Assembly (NCBI GenBank): GCA_040902515.1
Contig: JBBDXB010000006.1
Span: 2,219-66,218 of the forward strand
Origin: Patescibacteria group bacterium
GTDB lineage: Bacteria > Patescibacteriota > SICC01
DNA length: 64,000 bases
Direction of reading: 5' to 3'
Made by a program: the position numbers and the translations under genes. The notes beneath the pieces were generated by a model. It saw only the letters and a list, made by a program, of their open reading frames with translations. It did no database searches and was not told where the DNA came from. This document shows, piece by piece, positions 46,243-55,741 of the stretch (position 1 is the stretch's first letter; the number at the start of each line of letters is the position of its first letter).

Positions 46243-49116
46243 CTAGGCAGGTGCCGGATGGCTGCGGTAGGGCCGGGGTTTCGCCCTGGAAGATCGCTCG
46301 AGTTCTCCGACCAGATAGGTGCCGGTATGGGACCGCTTCGCCTTCGCCACTGCCTCCGGCGTGCCCGTCGCCACGAGTTCGCCGCCCGCGTTGCCGCCTT
46401 CGGGTCCCAGGTCGATGATGTGGTCCGCCGTCTTGATCACATCCAGGTTGTGCTCGATTACCAACACGGTGTTCCCCATGTCCACCAGCCGGTTCAGGAC
46501 CGCCAGCAGCCGCTTAATGTCCTCGAAATGCAGGCCCGTCGTCGGCTCGTCGAGGATGTAGAGCGTCTGGCCGGTCGCCCGCCGGGCCAGCTCGGTGGCC
46601 AGCTTGATCCGCTGCGCCTCGCCGCCGGAGAGGGTCGTGGCGGGTTGGCCGAGCTTCATGTATCCCAGGCCGACGTCGTTGAGCGTTCCGAGCTTCTGCT
46701 TGATCACCGGGATGTGCTCGAAGAACTTCAGGGCTTTCTCGACCGTCATGTCGAGTACGTCGGCGATCGTCTTCGTCTTGTAGTGGATCTCCAGCGCCTC
46801 CTTGTTGTAGCGCTTGCCGTGACACTCCTCACAGGCCACGTAGACGTCCGGCAAAAAGTGCATCTCGATCTTGATCACGCCGTCGCCGCGGCAGTGCTCG
46901 CAGCGGCCGCCCTTCACGTTGAAGCTGAACCGCCCGGCGGAGTAGCCGCGCATCTTCGCCTCGTTGGTCGTGGCGAACAGGTCCCGGATGTTCGTGAAGA
47001 CGCCGGTATACGTGGCTGGGTTCGAACGCGGTGTCCGACCGATCGGCGACTGGTCAATGGTGATCACCTTGTTGAGATGCTCGAGCCCCTCCACGGCCTC
47101 ATGGGCCCCCGGTTCTTCCTGAGCCCGGTGGAAGTGCTGGGCGAGTTTCTTGGAAAGAATCTGGTCCACCAGCGAGCTCTTGCCGGAGCCGGATACGCCG
47201 GTGACCGTCACGAACTTCCCCAGCGGGAACTCCACGGTCAGGTCGTGCAGGTTGTTCTCGGTCGCGCCGACGACCCGGATCGCCCGGCCGTTCCCCTCCC
47301 GACGTTTGGGCGGGACCGCGATGTCGTCCTCGCCGCGGAGATAGCGGCCGGTAATCGAACGCTTGGATTGGACCACCTTCTTCGGCGGTCCCTGCGCGAC
47401 GATCTTTCCACCGTGCTCGCCTGCCCCCGGACCGATGTCCACGAGGTAATCGGCCGACTCCATCGTCTCGCGGTCATGCTCGACGACGATCACCGTATTG
47501 CCGAGGTCGCGGAGCGTCTTCAGGGTCGAGATCAGCCGCGCGTTGTCGCGCTGGTGCAGGCCGATCGACGGCTCGTCGAGGATGTAGAGTACGCCCATCA
47601 GCGCCGAGCCGATCTGGGTCGCCAGGCGGATCCGCTGCGCCTCGCCGCCGGACAAGGTATTGGCGGCCCGGGACAACGTCAGATAGTTCAAGCCGACGTC
47701 TTCCAGGAAGCGGAGCCGCTCGCGGATCTCCTTGCAAATCTGCTTGGCGATCTGCTTCTGCTTGTCGGTCAGGTCCAGTCCGGCGAAGTAACGCTGGGCA
47801 TCCGAAATGGAGAGCTCCGACACGTCCACGATTGACTTGTCGCCGATCGTCACGCCGAGGATCTCCGGCCGCAGACGCTTCCCTTTGCACAACGGACAGG
47901 GCTTGAGCGTCATGTACTTCTCGATCTCCTTGCGGACGTAATCGGAATCCGTCTCGCGATGCCGCCGTTCCAGGTTCGGCGCGACGCCCTCGTAGACCGT
48001 CTTGAACCGGCGGGAACCCTGCCGGACGGTGATCTCCTCCCCGTTGGAGCCATTAAAAATCAGTTTGATGGTATCGGGCGGTAATGCACCGACCGGTTTG
48101 TCCATGGAGAAGCCGTATGTCTCGGCCAGGCCCTCGAGGAGCCGGGTGTACCAGGTCATCCGCGAGGTGGTCCGGCTCCACGGCCGGATCGCGCCTTCGG
48201 CGAGGGTCAGCCGGGTGTTCGGGACGCACTTATGCGGATCGACCTCGAGCCGGCTGCCCAGGCCGGTACAGCGCGGACAGGCTCCGTGCGGGCTGTTGAA
48301 TGAGAAAGACCGGGGTTCCAGCGGCGGCAGGCTGGGGTGGCCGTTCGGGCACGCATAATCCTCCGAGAACCGCCAGCGGGTCGGCTTCTTCTTCGCACCC
48401 TCCACCGTCTCCACGAACATCGTGCCCTCGCCGACGCCGAGTGCCGTCTGCACGGAATCGAACAATCGGTTACCGAGGTCCGGCTTGATGATCAGCCGGT
48501 CGACTACCGCCTCGATCGTATGTTTCTTCTTCTTGTCGAGCCGCGGGATGTCCTCGGAAAGCTCCCGGATGACGCCGTCCACGCGGACACGTGAGAAGCC
48601 GCCTTTCCGGAGCTTGTCGAAGACCTTCTCGTGCTCGCCCTTGCGGTCGATCACGACGGGGCCGAGCAACATCAGCTTGGTACCTTCCGGAAGCTTGCGG
48701 ATCTGGTCGGCCACCTCGGTCGGCGTCTGGCGCCGGACCTCGGCTCCGCAGATCGGACAGTGCGGCGTGCCGATCCGCGCGAAGAGCAGCCGGAGATAGT
48801 CGTAGACTTCCGTGACCGTCCCGACCGTCGAGCGCGGATTCCGCGATGCCGACTTCTGGTCGATCGAGATAGCCGGACTAAGCCCGTCGATCTGGTCAAC
48901 GTCCGGCTTTTCCATCAGGCCGAGGAATTGCCGCGCGTACGCGGAAAGTGATTCCACGTAGCGACGCTGGCCTTCGGCGTAGATCGTATCGAACGCGAGC
49001 GAACTCTTCCCCGAACCGGAGAGGCCGGTCAGGACCACGAGCTTGTCGCGGGGAATCTCTAAGTCGACGTTCTTGAGGTTGTGCTCACGGGCACCACGGA
49101 TGACGAGTTTCTGCAT
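46243..49116 (-). CDS. uvrA: Excinuclease ABC subunit A
   Basis: [17 protein letters not shown], two LSGGEAQRI motifs, Zn fingers; start ATG 49116. Confidence 0.97.
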   Translation of the reverse strand: MQKLVIRGAREHNLKNVDLEIPRDKLVVLTGLSGSGKSSLAFDTIYAEGQRRYVESLSAYARQFLGLMEKPDVDQIDGLSPAISIDQKSASRNPRSTVGTVTEVYDYLRLLFARIGTPHCPICGAEVRRQTPTEVADQIRKLPEGTKLMLLGPVVIDRKGEHEKVFDKLRKGGFSRVRVDGVIRELSEDIPRLDKKKKHTIEAVVDRLIIKPDLGNRLFDSVQTALGVGEGTMFVETVEGAKKKPTRWRFSEDYACPNGHPSLPPLEPRSFSFNSPHGACPRCTGLGSRLEVDPHKCVPNTRLTLAEGAIRPWSRTTSRMTWYTRLLEGLAETYGFSMDKPVGALPPDTIKLIFNGSNGEEITVRQGSRRFKTVYEGVAPNLERRHRETDSDYVRKEIEKYMTLKPCPLCKGKRLRPEILGVTIGDKSIVDVSELSISDAQRYFAGLDLTDKQKQIAKQICKEIRERLRFLEDVGLNYLTLSRAANTLSGGEAQRIRLATQIGSALMGVLYILDEPSIGLHQRDNARLISTLKTLRDLGNTVIVVEHDRETMESADYLVDIGPGAGEHGGKIVAQGPPKKVVQSKRSITGRYLRGEDDIAVPPKRREGNGRAIRVVGATENNLHDLTVEFPLGKFVTVTGVSGSGKSSLVDQILSKKLAQHFHRAQEEPGAHEAVEGLEHLNKVITIDQSPIGRTPRSNPATYTGVFTNIRDLFATTNEAKMRGYSAGRFSFNVKGGRCEHCRGDGVIKIEMHFLPDVYVACEECHGKRYNKEALEIHYKTKTIADVLDMTVEKALKFFEHIPVIKQKLGTLNDVGLGYMKLGQPATTLSGGEAQRIKLATELARRATGQTLYILDEPTTGLHFEDIKRLLAVLNRLVDMGNTVLVIEHNLDVIKTADHIIDLGPEGGNAGGELVATGTPEAVAKAKRSHTGTYLVGELERSSRAKPRPYRSHPAPA

Positions 49117-49254
49117 GCGGTTATGCGAAAAAGGGGTCGTTGCGACCGACCCAGTATAGCTCCGCCCGGGAAGCACGGTCAAGCCGTACGGGGGCGATGG
49201 GCAGCCTTGCAGCATCGCCGGGAGTCGCTAGTATGAATCCTGGTACTGACCGCC

Positions 49255-49374
49255 ATGCAAGAAATCAACGAAGACACGACAATCCTCGAACGGCGCTCCA
49301 GCGGTTCCATCCGGCTTCTTCTGATGCCGATCGCGATTTCCGCGCTGCTGATCGTCGCCCTGCTCGTCAGCTAA
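49255..49374 (+). CDS. Putative small membrane protein (39 aa)
   Basis: MQEINEDTTILERRSSGSIRLLLMPIAISALLIVALLVS*, ends 4 nt before next ATG. Confidence 0.5.
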   Translation: MQEINEDTTILERRSSGSIRLLLMPIAISALLIVALLVS

Positions 49375-49378
49375 TCGC

Positions 49379-49906
49379 ATGCACGATCCGCTTTGGAACC
49401 GGGGAGGCGGCACGCCGGTCTCGCGCCGGGTCCTGTTCGGTTTCGGTGGAACACGCGGCGAGCTGGTAGTTTCCGTGACACCAGGGCAGCCGATACCACA
49501 TCTCGGGAATATCAGCGAACGGATGATGCTTGAAGCTACCGTGACGGCAAGTGAAGCCAAACCCGGACAGACCGTCTACCCCCAGTTCGTGTTCGGAACC
49601 GCCGTCGAAGAAAACGGAACGTCCATCGTGTACGGACCGGACCATCGGGCGATCCCGATACTGCGGTTCACCGCGGAGCAAAACGACGGGGAAACGCTTG
49701 ACTACGCCGAGCGCCTGGAGCAGACCAAGGCGGCACTACCCCCGGCACCGGCAATGCCGAACGAAGGGGTCATCGGCTTCCTGGTCCGCACCGACGTGCT
49801 GCACTTCTACCCGCTGGTGCGGATTCCTGAGGATGAGCATGGACATTTCCTGGATGGCGACGGGTCGACCGACGACCTGATCCAAGCGCTGCCGTATCAG
49901 GCGTAG
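49379..49906 (+). CDS. Hypothetical protein
   Basis: 175 aa ORF between uvrA and uvrB. Confidence 0.6.
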   Translation: MHDPLWNRGGGTPVSRRVLFGFGGTRGELVVSVTPGQPIPHLGNISERMMLEATVTASEAKPGQTVYPQFVFGTAVEENGTSIVYGPDHRAIPILRFTAEQNDGETLDYAERLEQTKAALPPAPAMPNEGVIGFLVRTDVLHFYPLVRIPEDEHGHFLDGDGSTDDLIQALPYQA

Positions 49907-49912
49907 GGGTTC

Positions 49913-51916
49913 CTAGGTGCTGGAACCGGTGTACTTCGCGCGCTTCTTCAGATTCCCGATCCGGTCCCGGAGGGCCGCCGCCTTTTCGAACTCCAGGTTT
50001 TCCGCGGCCAGCTCCATCTGCACCTTGAGGTCGTGCAGATAGCGCTTCATCTGCTCCGGCGGCAGGTCCACGTGCCGCTTGGCGTCTTCCAGCACTTCCG
50101 CGGCTTCATGTTCCTCGATCTGCTCGTCCGCCCGTACCGCAGCCGCGATTTTCTTCTTGATACCCTGCGGCGTGATGCCGTGTTCCCGGTTGTATGCCTC
50201 CTGCTTTTCCCGGCGCCGGGACGTCTCGTCCATCGCCCGCCGCATCGAGTCGGTCACCCGGTCGGCATACATGATGACCCGTCCATCGATGTGCCGGGCC
50301 GCGCGGCCCATCGTCTGGATCAACGCGGTATCGCTCCGTAGGAACCCTTCCTTGTCGGCGTCCAGGATCGTCACCAGGGAGACTTCCGGCAGGTCGAGCC
50401 CTTCCCGAAGCAAGTTGATACCGACCACGCAGTCATACTCACCGGCCCGGAGTGATCGGAGGATTTCCGTCCGTTCCAGCGTCTCGATATCCGAGTGCAG
50501 GTGCATGACCTTTACTTCGGCCTCGCGCAGGAACTCAGCCATATCCTCCGCCATCTTCTTGGTGAGCGTCGTCACGAGTACACGCTGATTCTTGGCCACG
50601 GTCGCCTTGATCTCCGCCAGCAGGTCGTCGATCTGATGCTCCGTCGGACGCACCTCGACCGGCGGGTCGAGCAGTCCGGTCGGCCGTACCACCTGTTCGG
50701 CTACCTGTTTCGACCGTGAGCGCTCATACTTCGCCGGAGTCGCCGAGACGTACACCGCCTGTCTCACCAGCCGCTCGAACTCGGAGAACTTGAGGGGCCG
50801 GTTGTCCAGCGCCGACGGCAATCGGAATCCGTAATCCACCAGGGTCTGCTTGCGGGACCGGTCGCCGCTGTACATGGCACCGACCTGCGGAATCGTCATG
50901 TGCGATTCGTCCACGAACATCAGGTAATCGTCCGGGAAGTAGTCGAGCAGACAGCTCGGCCGTTCGCCGGGACGGCGTCCGGAGAGGTACCGCGAGTAGT
51001 TCTCGATGCCGGAACAGAATCCCGTTTCCCGGATCATCTCCAGGTCGTAGTTGGTGCGGCCCTTCAGCCGTTCGGCTTCCACGATTCTCCCCGTATCGGT
51101 GAGCTCCTTGAGCCGCAGCTCCAGGTCCGTCTCGATCTGCTTCACCGCACCGCCGAGCTTGTCCTTGGTGGTCACCCAGTGGCTGGCCGGGAAGACGTGG
51201 AGCTCCCGCTTGGTATCGAGCAACTCCCCGGTCAGGTAGTCGATCGCCGTGATCTTCTCGATCTCGTCACCGAAGAAGTCGAGCTTGTACGCGAAGTCCT
51301 CGTAGGCCGGGAAGATCTCTACCACGTCGCCACGCACCCGGAATTTCCCGCGCCGGAAGTCGATTTCGTTCCGGTCGTATTGCAGGTCGATCAGCTGGCG
51401 GAGCAGTTTGTCGCGATCACGGCTCTCGCCCTGCTTCAGGGTGATGTGAACGTTCTCATAGTCGGCCGGCGAGCCGAGCCCGTAGATGCACGATACCGAT
51501 GCCACGATCAGCACGTCCGGACGCGTAAGCAGGCTCATCGTCGCGGCGTGACGGAGCTTGTCGATCTCTTCGTTAATATCCGCGTCCTTTTCGATATACG
51601 TATCGGACTGGGGGACGTAGGCCTCGGGTTGGTAGTAGTCGTAGTAGGAAACGAAATACTGCACCGCGTTTTCCGGGAAGAATTCCCGGAACTCAGCAGC
51701 GAGCTGGGCCGCCAGCGTCTTGTTGTGCGCCAGCACCAAGGTCGGCTTCTGGACCCGCTCGACCACGTTGGCCATCGTGAACGTTTTGCCGGAGCCCGTC
51801 ACGCCGAGCAGCGTCTGGTCACGGTGACCCTGCGCCAGCCCTTTCGTCAACGCACCAATCGCCACCGGCTGGTCGCCAGCGGGCTTGAACTCGGAATGCA
51901 ATTTGAACGAAGGCAT
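49913..51916 (-). CDS. uvrB: Excinuclease ABC subunit B
   Basis: [32 protein letters not shown]. Confidence 0.97.
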   Translation of the reverse strand: MPSFKLHSEFKPAGDQPVAIGALTKGLAQGHRDQTLLGVTGSGKTFTMANVVERVQKPTLVLAHNKTLAAQLAAEFREFFPENAVQYFVSYYDYYQPEAYVPQSDTYIEKDADINEEIDKLRHAATMSLLTRPDVLIVASVSCIYGLGSPADYENVHITLKQGESRDRDKLLRQLIDLQYDRNEIDFRRGKFRVRGDVVEIFPAYEDFAYKLDFFGDEIEKITAIDYLTGELLDTKRELHVFPASHWVTTKDKLGGAVKQIETDLELRLKELTDTGRIVEAERLKGRTNYDLEMIRETGFCSGIENYSRYLSGRRPGERPSCLLDYFPDDYLMFVDESHMTIPQVGAMYSGDRSRKQTLVDYGFRLPSALDNRPLKFSEFERLVRQAVYVSATPAKYERSRSKQVAEQVVRPTGLLDPPVEVRPTEHQIDDLLAEIKATVAKNQRVLVTTLTKKMAEDMAEFLREAEVKVMHLHSDIETLERTEILRSLRAGEYDCVVGINLLREGLDLPEVSLVTILDADKEGFLRSDTALIQTMGRAARHIDGRVIMYADRVTDSMRRAMDETSRRREKQEAYNREHGITPQGIKKKIAAAVRADEQIEEHEAAEVLEDAKRHVDLPPEQMKRYLHDLKVQMELAAENLEFEKAAALRDRIGNLKKRAKYTGSST

Positions 51917-51948
51917 ATTCCCATCAATATAGACACACTATAGCCAAT

Positions 51949-52452
51949 ATGTCATCATGCGCCGTTATGGCTGACCGCCCTCCAGAACAGGAACCTGCGC
52001 CGACACCCGCGGAATCACTCCTTAGGGCCGCCGGGGAGTTAATGGCCACGTATCCCGAGCATTGCTTTACCAACCGTTCTAAATTGATTTCTGTGCTCGC
52101 GGCTCAAGACAGCGAAGGGAAAGGGTATTTACTGGTTGAGAGGCGCAATGATGAGACATACCTGCCGCCACGAGACCTATGTGTCTATCCTGTGATCGAG
52201 GGTGCAGTTGAGGACGGTATCCTCGTGATTGATGCGGGGCGAAAACCCATGACTTATGTGAACAAAACCGGCATATCGCACGCGGGACCGTACGGCGACA
52301 TACAAGAGGGCGGTCTCGGACATGAGGTATTACAGGACATGGCGCAACAAGATGCGAACCAGTTGGAAGCCGCCACACCGGCCCCGCTGACCCCCGAGAC
52401 GGTCCGCTTGATCATCGGCCAAATCGACCCCGGCGAGCCGACGTTTAGCTAG
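51949..52452 (+). CDS. Hypothetical protein (lower GC)
   Basis: 167 aa ORF, start may be ATG 51967. Confidence 0.6.
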   Translation: MSSCAVMADRPPEQEPAPTPAESLLRAAGELMATYPEHCFTNRSKLISVLAAQDSEGKGYLLVERRNDETYLPPRDLCVYPVIEGAVEDGILVIDAGRKPMTYVNKTGISHAGPYGDIQEGGLGHEVLQDMAQQDANQLEAATPAPLTPETVRLIIGQIDPGEPTFS

Positions 52453-53134
52453 GCAGGTCCGGCCGTCGTTCCGCGGTCAACGATCCGGAGCGCTCCTTGC
52501 GCCACTTCTCGATATCCGCGTGATGTCCGGAAAGCAACACTTCCGGAACCTTTAGCGTCTTCCGGCCGGCCCTGAACGACTCTGGACGGGTGTAGTGCGG
52601 ATATTCCAGCCCACCACCGAGCGCTTCCGAGAACGTTTCTTCCTTGTCGGACCGTTCGTCTCCAAGCACACCCGGTACCAGGCGGGTGACCGCGTCGATG
52701 ACCACGAGCGCCGGGAGTTCACCACCCGTTAGCACGTAGTCGCCGATCGAGAGCTCTTCGTCGATCAGTTCTTCGCGTACCCGGTTATCTATCTCCTCGT
52801 AGTGACCGGCCAGGAGGACCAGGTGCCGTTCGCCGCTCAGCCGTTCCGCGTCTCCCTGCTTGAACGGCTTTCCCTGCGGGGTCAGGTAAACCCGCCGGGT
52901 CCCTTTGCCGGCAAGCTCCTTGAAGGCAGCGAATAGCGGCTCCGGCCGCAATACCATGCCCGCCCCGCCGCCGTACGGGATGTCATCCACCTGTTTGCGC
53001 TTGCCGAGTCCCCACCTGCGGAGGTCGTGGACGTGGAATTCCGCCAGCTTCCGCTCCGCGGCCTTCCGCATCATGCTTTGGCCGAGCGGACCGGTGAAGT
53101 ACTCGGGAAACAGGGTTATGACGTCGACACGCAT
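52445..53134 (-). CDS. trmD: tRNA (guanine37-N1)-methyltransferase
   Basis: DVITLFPE, DDIPYGGGAGMV, SIGDYVLTGGE, LEYPHYTRP. Confidence 0.96.
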   Translation of the reverse strand: MRVDVITLFPEYFTGPLGQSMMRKAAERKLAEFHVHDLRRWGLGKRKQVDDIPYGGGAGMVLRPEPLFAAFKELAGKGTRRVYLTPQGKPFKQGDAERLSGERHLVLLAGHYEEIDNRVREELIDEELSIGDYVLTGGELPALVVIDAVTRLVPGVLGDERSDKEETFSEALGGGLEYPHYTRPESFRAGRKTLKVPEVLLSGHHADIEKWRKERSGSLTAERRPDLPS

Positions 53135-53179
53135 CCCTGCCATTCTACCGGCAGCGGTGGGATTCGAGCGAACGACGGA

Positions 53180-53476
53180 TCAGGCCGCTTCTTCGGCCGG
53201 CGGGTGCATGGTCTCGCTGAGCTCACGATGCAGGCTGCTGAGCACGTTGTATCGTTCCGCCAGAAGCACGTCGCTGCTTTCCGCACAATCCCGTTCGGCC
53301 AACGTGCAGTCTCCCGTGATCAGCATGGCGCGGTTAAGCTCGCCGGCGGCGATGCATGCCCGCGCCTTTTCCAGCACGCTCTCGATCCGCTGAAACGGTG
53401 TTGCGGCCTCTCCACTGGCGTCGCCGGCCGCTACTCCGGCTTCGATGCTTCCATGTTCGAGCGCAGGCCGCTCCAT
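53180..53476 (-). CDS. Hypothetical protein (98 aa)
   Basis: ATG 53476 with TATGGT 6 nt upstream; helical, acidic. Confidence 0.55.
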   Translation of the reverse strand: MERPALEHGSIEAGVAAGDASGEAATPFQRIESVLEKARACIAAGELNRAMLITGDCTLAERDCAESSDVLLAERYNVLSSLHRELSETMHPPAEEAA

Positions 53477-53520
53477 GGGTTCACCATAGCGAGTTACAAA
53501 GCGATACGTCAACTGAGGCA

Positions 53521-53578
53521 AGAAAAAGCCCGAGGGAGTCATGTGGTTTGCAGTGGTGGTGCAAAGACTCGCTCGGGC
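53521..53578 (-). terminator. Long-stem terminator-like hairpin closing the tRNA-like cluster
   Basis: GCCCGAG-GAGTC-TTTGCA-CCACCAC-TGCAAA-GACTC-CTCGGGC followed by TTTTT. Confidence 0.7.
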
Positions 53579-53625
53579 ATCTTGCTCTTCGGGAAAATGG
53601 GAATTCCATTGAAGAGGTGCGGGCA

Positions 53626-53694
53626 CGGAGAGGGCTGGATTCGAACCAGCATCTTTCGATTTCGGTCGAACGCTACCAGTTGAGCTACCTCTCC
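53626..53694 (-). ncRNA. tRNA-like RNA with 6-nt anticodon loop (CCGAAA)
   Basis: GGAGAGG/CCTCTCC acceptor, 3-bp D stem, TTCGA-CCGAAA-TCGAA, GCTGG-TTCGAAT-CCAGC. Confidence 0.8.
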
Positions 53695-53711
53695 TCGGTA
53701 CTAGTACCGCA

Positions 53712-53785
53712 AGCGCACGCCAGGGCTTGAACCTGGAACCTCAGCATTTATAGTGCTGCGCTCTAACCAATTGAGCTACATGCGC
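53712..53785 (-). tRNA. Non-canonical tRNA with AUA anticodon, short variable loop, U73
   Basis: GCGCATG/CGTGCGC, GCTC-AATTGGTTA-GAGC, CAGCA-CTATAAA-TGCTG, CCAGG-TTCAAGC-CCTGG. Confidence 0.8.
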
Positions 53786-53804
53786 ATGGTACTGCCGTGA
53801 GGAA

Positions 53805-53876
53805 CTCCGGAGACGGGATTCGAACCCGCATCTCCCTCGGGGGCGAAAGGCGCTTTACCCTTAAGCTAACTCCGGA
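53805..53876 (-). ncRNA. tRNA-like RNA with C-rich anticodon loop lacking U33
   Basis: TCCGGAG/CTCCGGA, GCTT-AAGGGTA-AAGC, CCTTT-CGCCCCC-GAGGG, GCGGG-TTCGAAT-CCCGT. Confidence 0.75.
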
Positions 53877-53962
53877 ACGCCTACCGCTTACGCGGGGCTG
53901 CCTGTACCCGTAAGGCACACGCAGCCCCGCACAAACGGTCATGTTTGAAAGTACGACTATAG

Positions 53963-53991
53963 AGCCTACAAGCCGATCGGCCTGGCGTCAA
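53963..53991 (-). promoter_or_regulatory. sigma70-type promoter for the tRNA-like cluster
   Basis: TTGACG-N17-TAGGCT immediately after the khpA stop. Confidence 0.6.
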
Positions 53992-53993
53992 AC

Positions 53994-54512
53994 TTACAGC
54001 TCGTCGAGCGGCGATTTCTCGCCGAGGGCCTGGTCTACGGCCTCGTCGCGCTGGGGTTTGTCGCCCTGCTCGACCGGCTCACCGGTCGCTTCGTCCACCT
54101 GGGAATCGTCGTCGGAACGTACCGGCTCGGCCGCCGCGGTGTCCTGTTGTTCGGCCGCTGCCTCGGAAACGTCCGCCTCCTCAGCCGGCACGTCGTCTGT
54201 TGCCGGCGTGGCGCCGGCTGCGGCCTCGGTTACCGACGTGGCTGCCGCACCGCTGCCTTCGCCCTCCGGCTCGATTATCTTCATGTTCACGCGGGCGTCA
54301 TGCTTGGCACCGACCACCTTGAGGAGCGAACGGATTGCCTTGGCGGTCTGGCCCGACTTGCCGATCACCTTGCCCATGTCCTCGGGATTGACGGTCACGG
54401 TCAGGAGTACGCCCATCTCGTCGACGGTACGGTCCACCTGCACGTCGTCCGGGTTATCGACGATCGTCTTCAACACGAACTCTACGAATTGCTTGTCTTG
54501 GTCCTCGGTCAT
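53994..54512 (-). CDS. khpA: KH domain RNA-binding protein KhpA with acidic tail
   Basis: IVDNPDDV, EDMGKVIGKSGQTAKAIR; follows rpsP. Confidence 0.9.
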   Translation of the reverse strand: MTEDQDKQFVEFVLKTIVDNPDDVQVDRTVDEMGVLLTVTVNPEDMGKVIGKSGQTAKAIRSLLKVVGAKHDARVNMKIIEPEGEGSGAAATSVTEAAAGATPATDDVPAEEADVSEAAAEQQDTAAAEPVRSDDDSQVDEATGEPVEQGDKPQRDEAVDQALGEKSPLDEL

Positions 54513-55060
54513 CAGGAACCTCCTTTTTCCTTATCCTTTTCCTTGTCTGCAGATTGCTTGTCGTCGCCCGAATCTTCGGCGGGCTGGTCGGCGGATTTTG
54601 CCTCGGCCTTGTCGGCTGATCCGGCATCGCCGGTCTTCTTCGCGGCCGAATCATCCTTAGCGGAAGCCGCCTCGGGGGCGCCACCTTCACCGGCCTTGGC
54701 CTCTGCTTCGTCCGGCTTCGCCGCAGGTTCGTCTTTCGCGGGTGCCGCGCCCCCTTCGGCCTCAGCCTTGGCCTCCTTGCGCTTCTTGCGCTCCGGACGA
54801 CGGTTCTTCTCGGTGATCTTCTCGCGCTTCAGCACGCCCGCCTTCTCAAGCAGCATCTCCGCCGTCTCCGACGGCTGTGCGCCGCTCGCCAGCCGTTGCT
54901 TGGTGCGGTCGGCGTCTACCTTCAATTCCTTGGTCAGCGGATCGTAGTGCCCGAGCACCTCCAAGTAGCGACCCTTAACGGCCGCGCTTTTCTCGGCGAC
55001 GACGACGCGGTAGTGAGGGCGTTTCGTCCGACCGGTTCGGGAAAGTCTGATAACCAACAA
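54512..55060 (-). CDS. rpsP: 30S ribosomal protein S16 with long low-complexity tail
   Basis: IRLSRTGRTKRPHYRVVV, LGHYDP, GAQPSET. Confidence 0.93.
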   Translation of the reverse strand: MLVIRLSRTGRTKRPHYRVVVAEKSAAVKGRYLEVLGHYDPLTKELKVDADRTKQRLASGAQPSETAEMLLEKAGVLKREKITEKNRRPERKKRKEAKAEAEGGAAPAKDEPAAKPDEAEAKAGEGGAPEAASAKDDSAAKKTGDAGSADKAEAKSADQPAEDSGDDKQSADKEKDKEKGGS

Positions 55061-55117
55061 GTTCAGTGTCTCCTGTGTACGGATACTAGATTACTTCAGT
55101 AACCAGCGCGCGACAAG

Positions 55118-55741
55118 TTACCCGCTGCCATCCGTAACCCGTTCCGCCCCTGCCCATGCATCATCGGATTGCGGATGATCGAACCACATCCGGGCACTTT
55201 TGACGTCAATGGCGTGACAGAAAGCGGCAAGCGGGCCCATGACCCGGCGTTCATTCGAGTAATCAGCCAGTTCCCCTTCGACGTACGTCATCGCATTCTG
55301 TAATTCCGGCGTAAGCTCAATGCCATACTCCGCCAGGAGTCCGTCACGGAAAGCCTTTTTATCCGCCTTGGATCGCAAGGCTTCATTCCTGACCTTCTCA
55401 CCATCGCGCCATTCATACCGCCACGGCTTCTCCAAGTCATGGAGGAACATGATCAGCAGGGCGTCTGATTTGGAGAACGGGAGCGGACGGAGGGAGCTGT
55501 CTACATCATGGTAGACGGAGGCCAGGTTCATGCAGTCACGGATGTGGTCCCAATACCCACCCTCCCACGGCTGATGGTTATGCGAAGAGCCGCTGGCAGC
55601 CCTCATGCGATCGCCATGATCATCGACCAGTCGCAGGCAGGCATCGCGGTACGGCGGTTCGATCATGCCCACGAGCTCGGGTATGTCGTGGTATGGCGGC
55701 TGATGCTCAGGATCGATGAATCGTTCCGCCTGCTCAGGCAT
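55118..55741 (-). CDS. HD-domain protein
   Basis: HQPWEGGYWDH..FLHDLEK..D pattern of HD phosphohydrolases. Confidence 0.7.
   Translation of the reverse strand: MPEQAERFIDPEHQPPYHDIPELVGMIEPPYRDACLRLVDDHGDRMRAASGSSHNHQPWEGGYWDHIRDCMNLASVYHDVDSSLRPLPFSKSDALLIMFLHDLEKPWRYEWRDGEKVRNEALRSKADKKAFRDGLLAEYGIELTPELQNAMTYVEGELADYSNERRVMGPLAAFCHAIDVKSARMWFDHPQSDDAWAGAERVTDGSG

Noticed and set aside
42671-47835. 684-aa and 525-aa plus-strand ORFs
   Set aside because: Shadows of uvrC and uvrA
53477-53626. Upstream extension of the 53180 ORF to 148 aa
   Set aside because: Runs through the terminator hairpins; ATG 53476 has a correctly spaced -10-like box
53626-53876. att-site remnants of an integrated element
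   Set aside because: Full cloverleafs rather than 3' halves, no match to other tRNAs in the window, and no integrase; ancient phage origin is still not excluded
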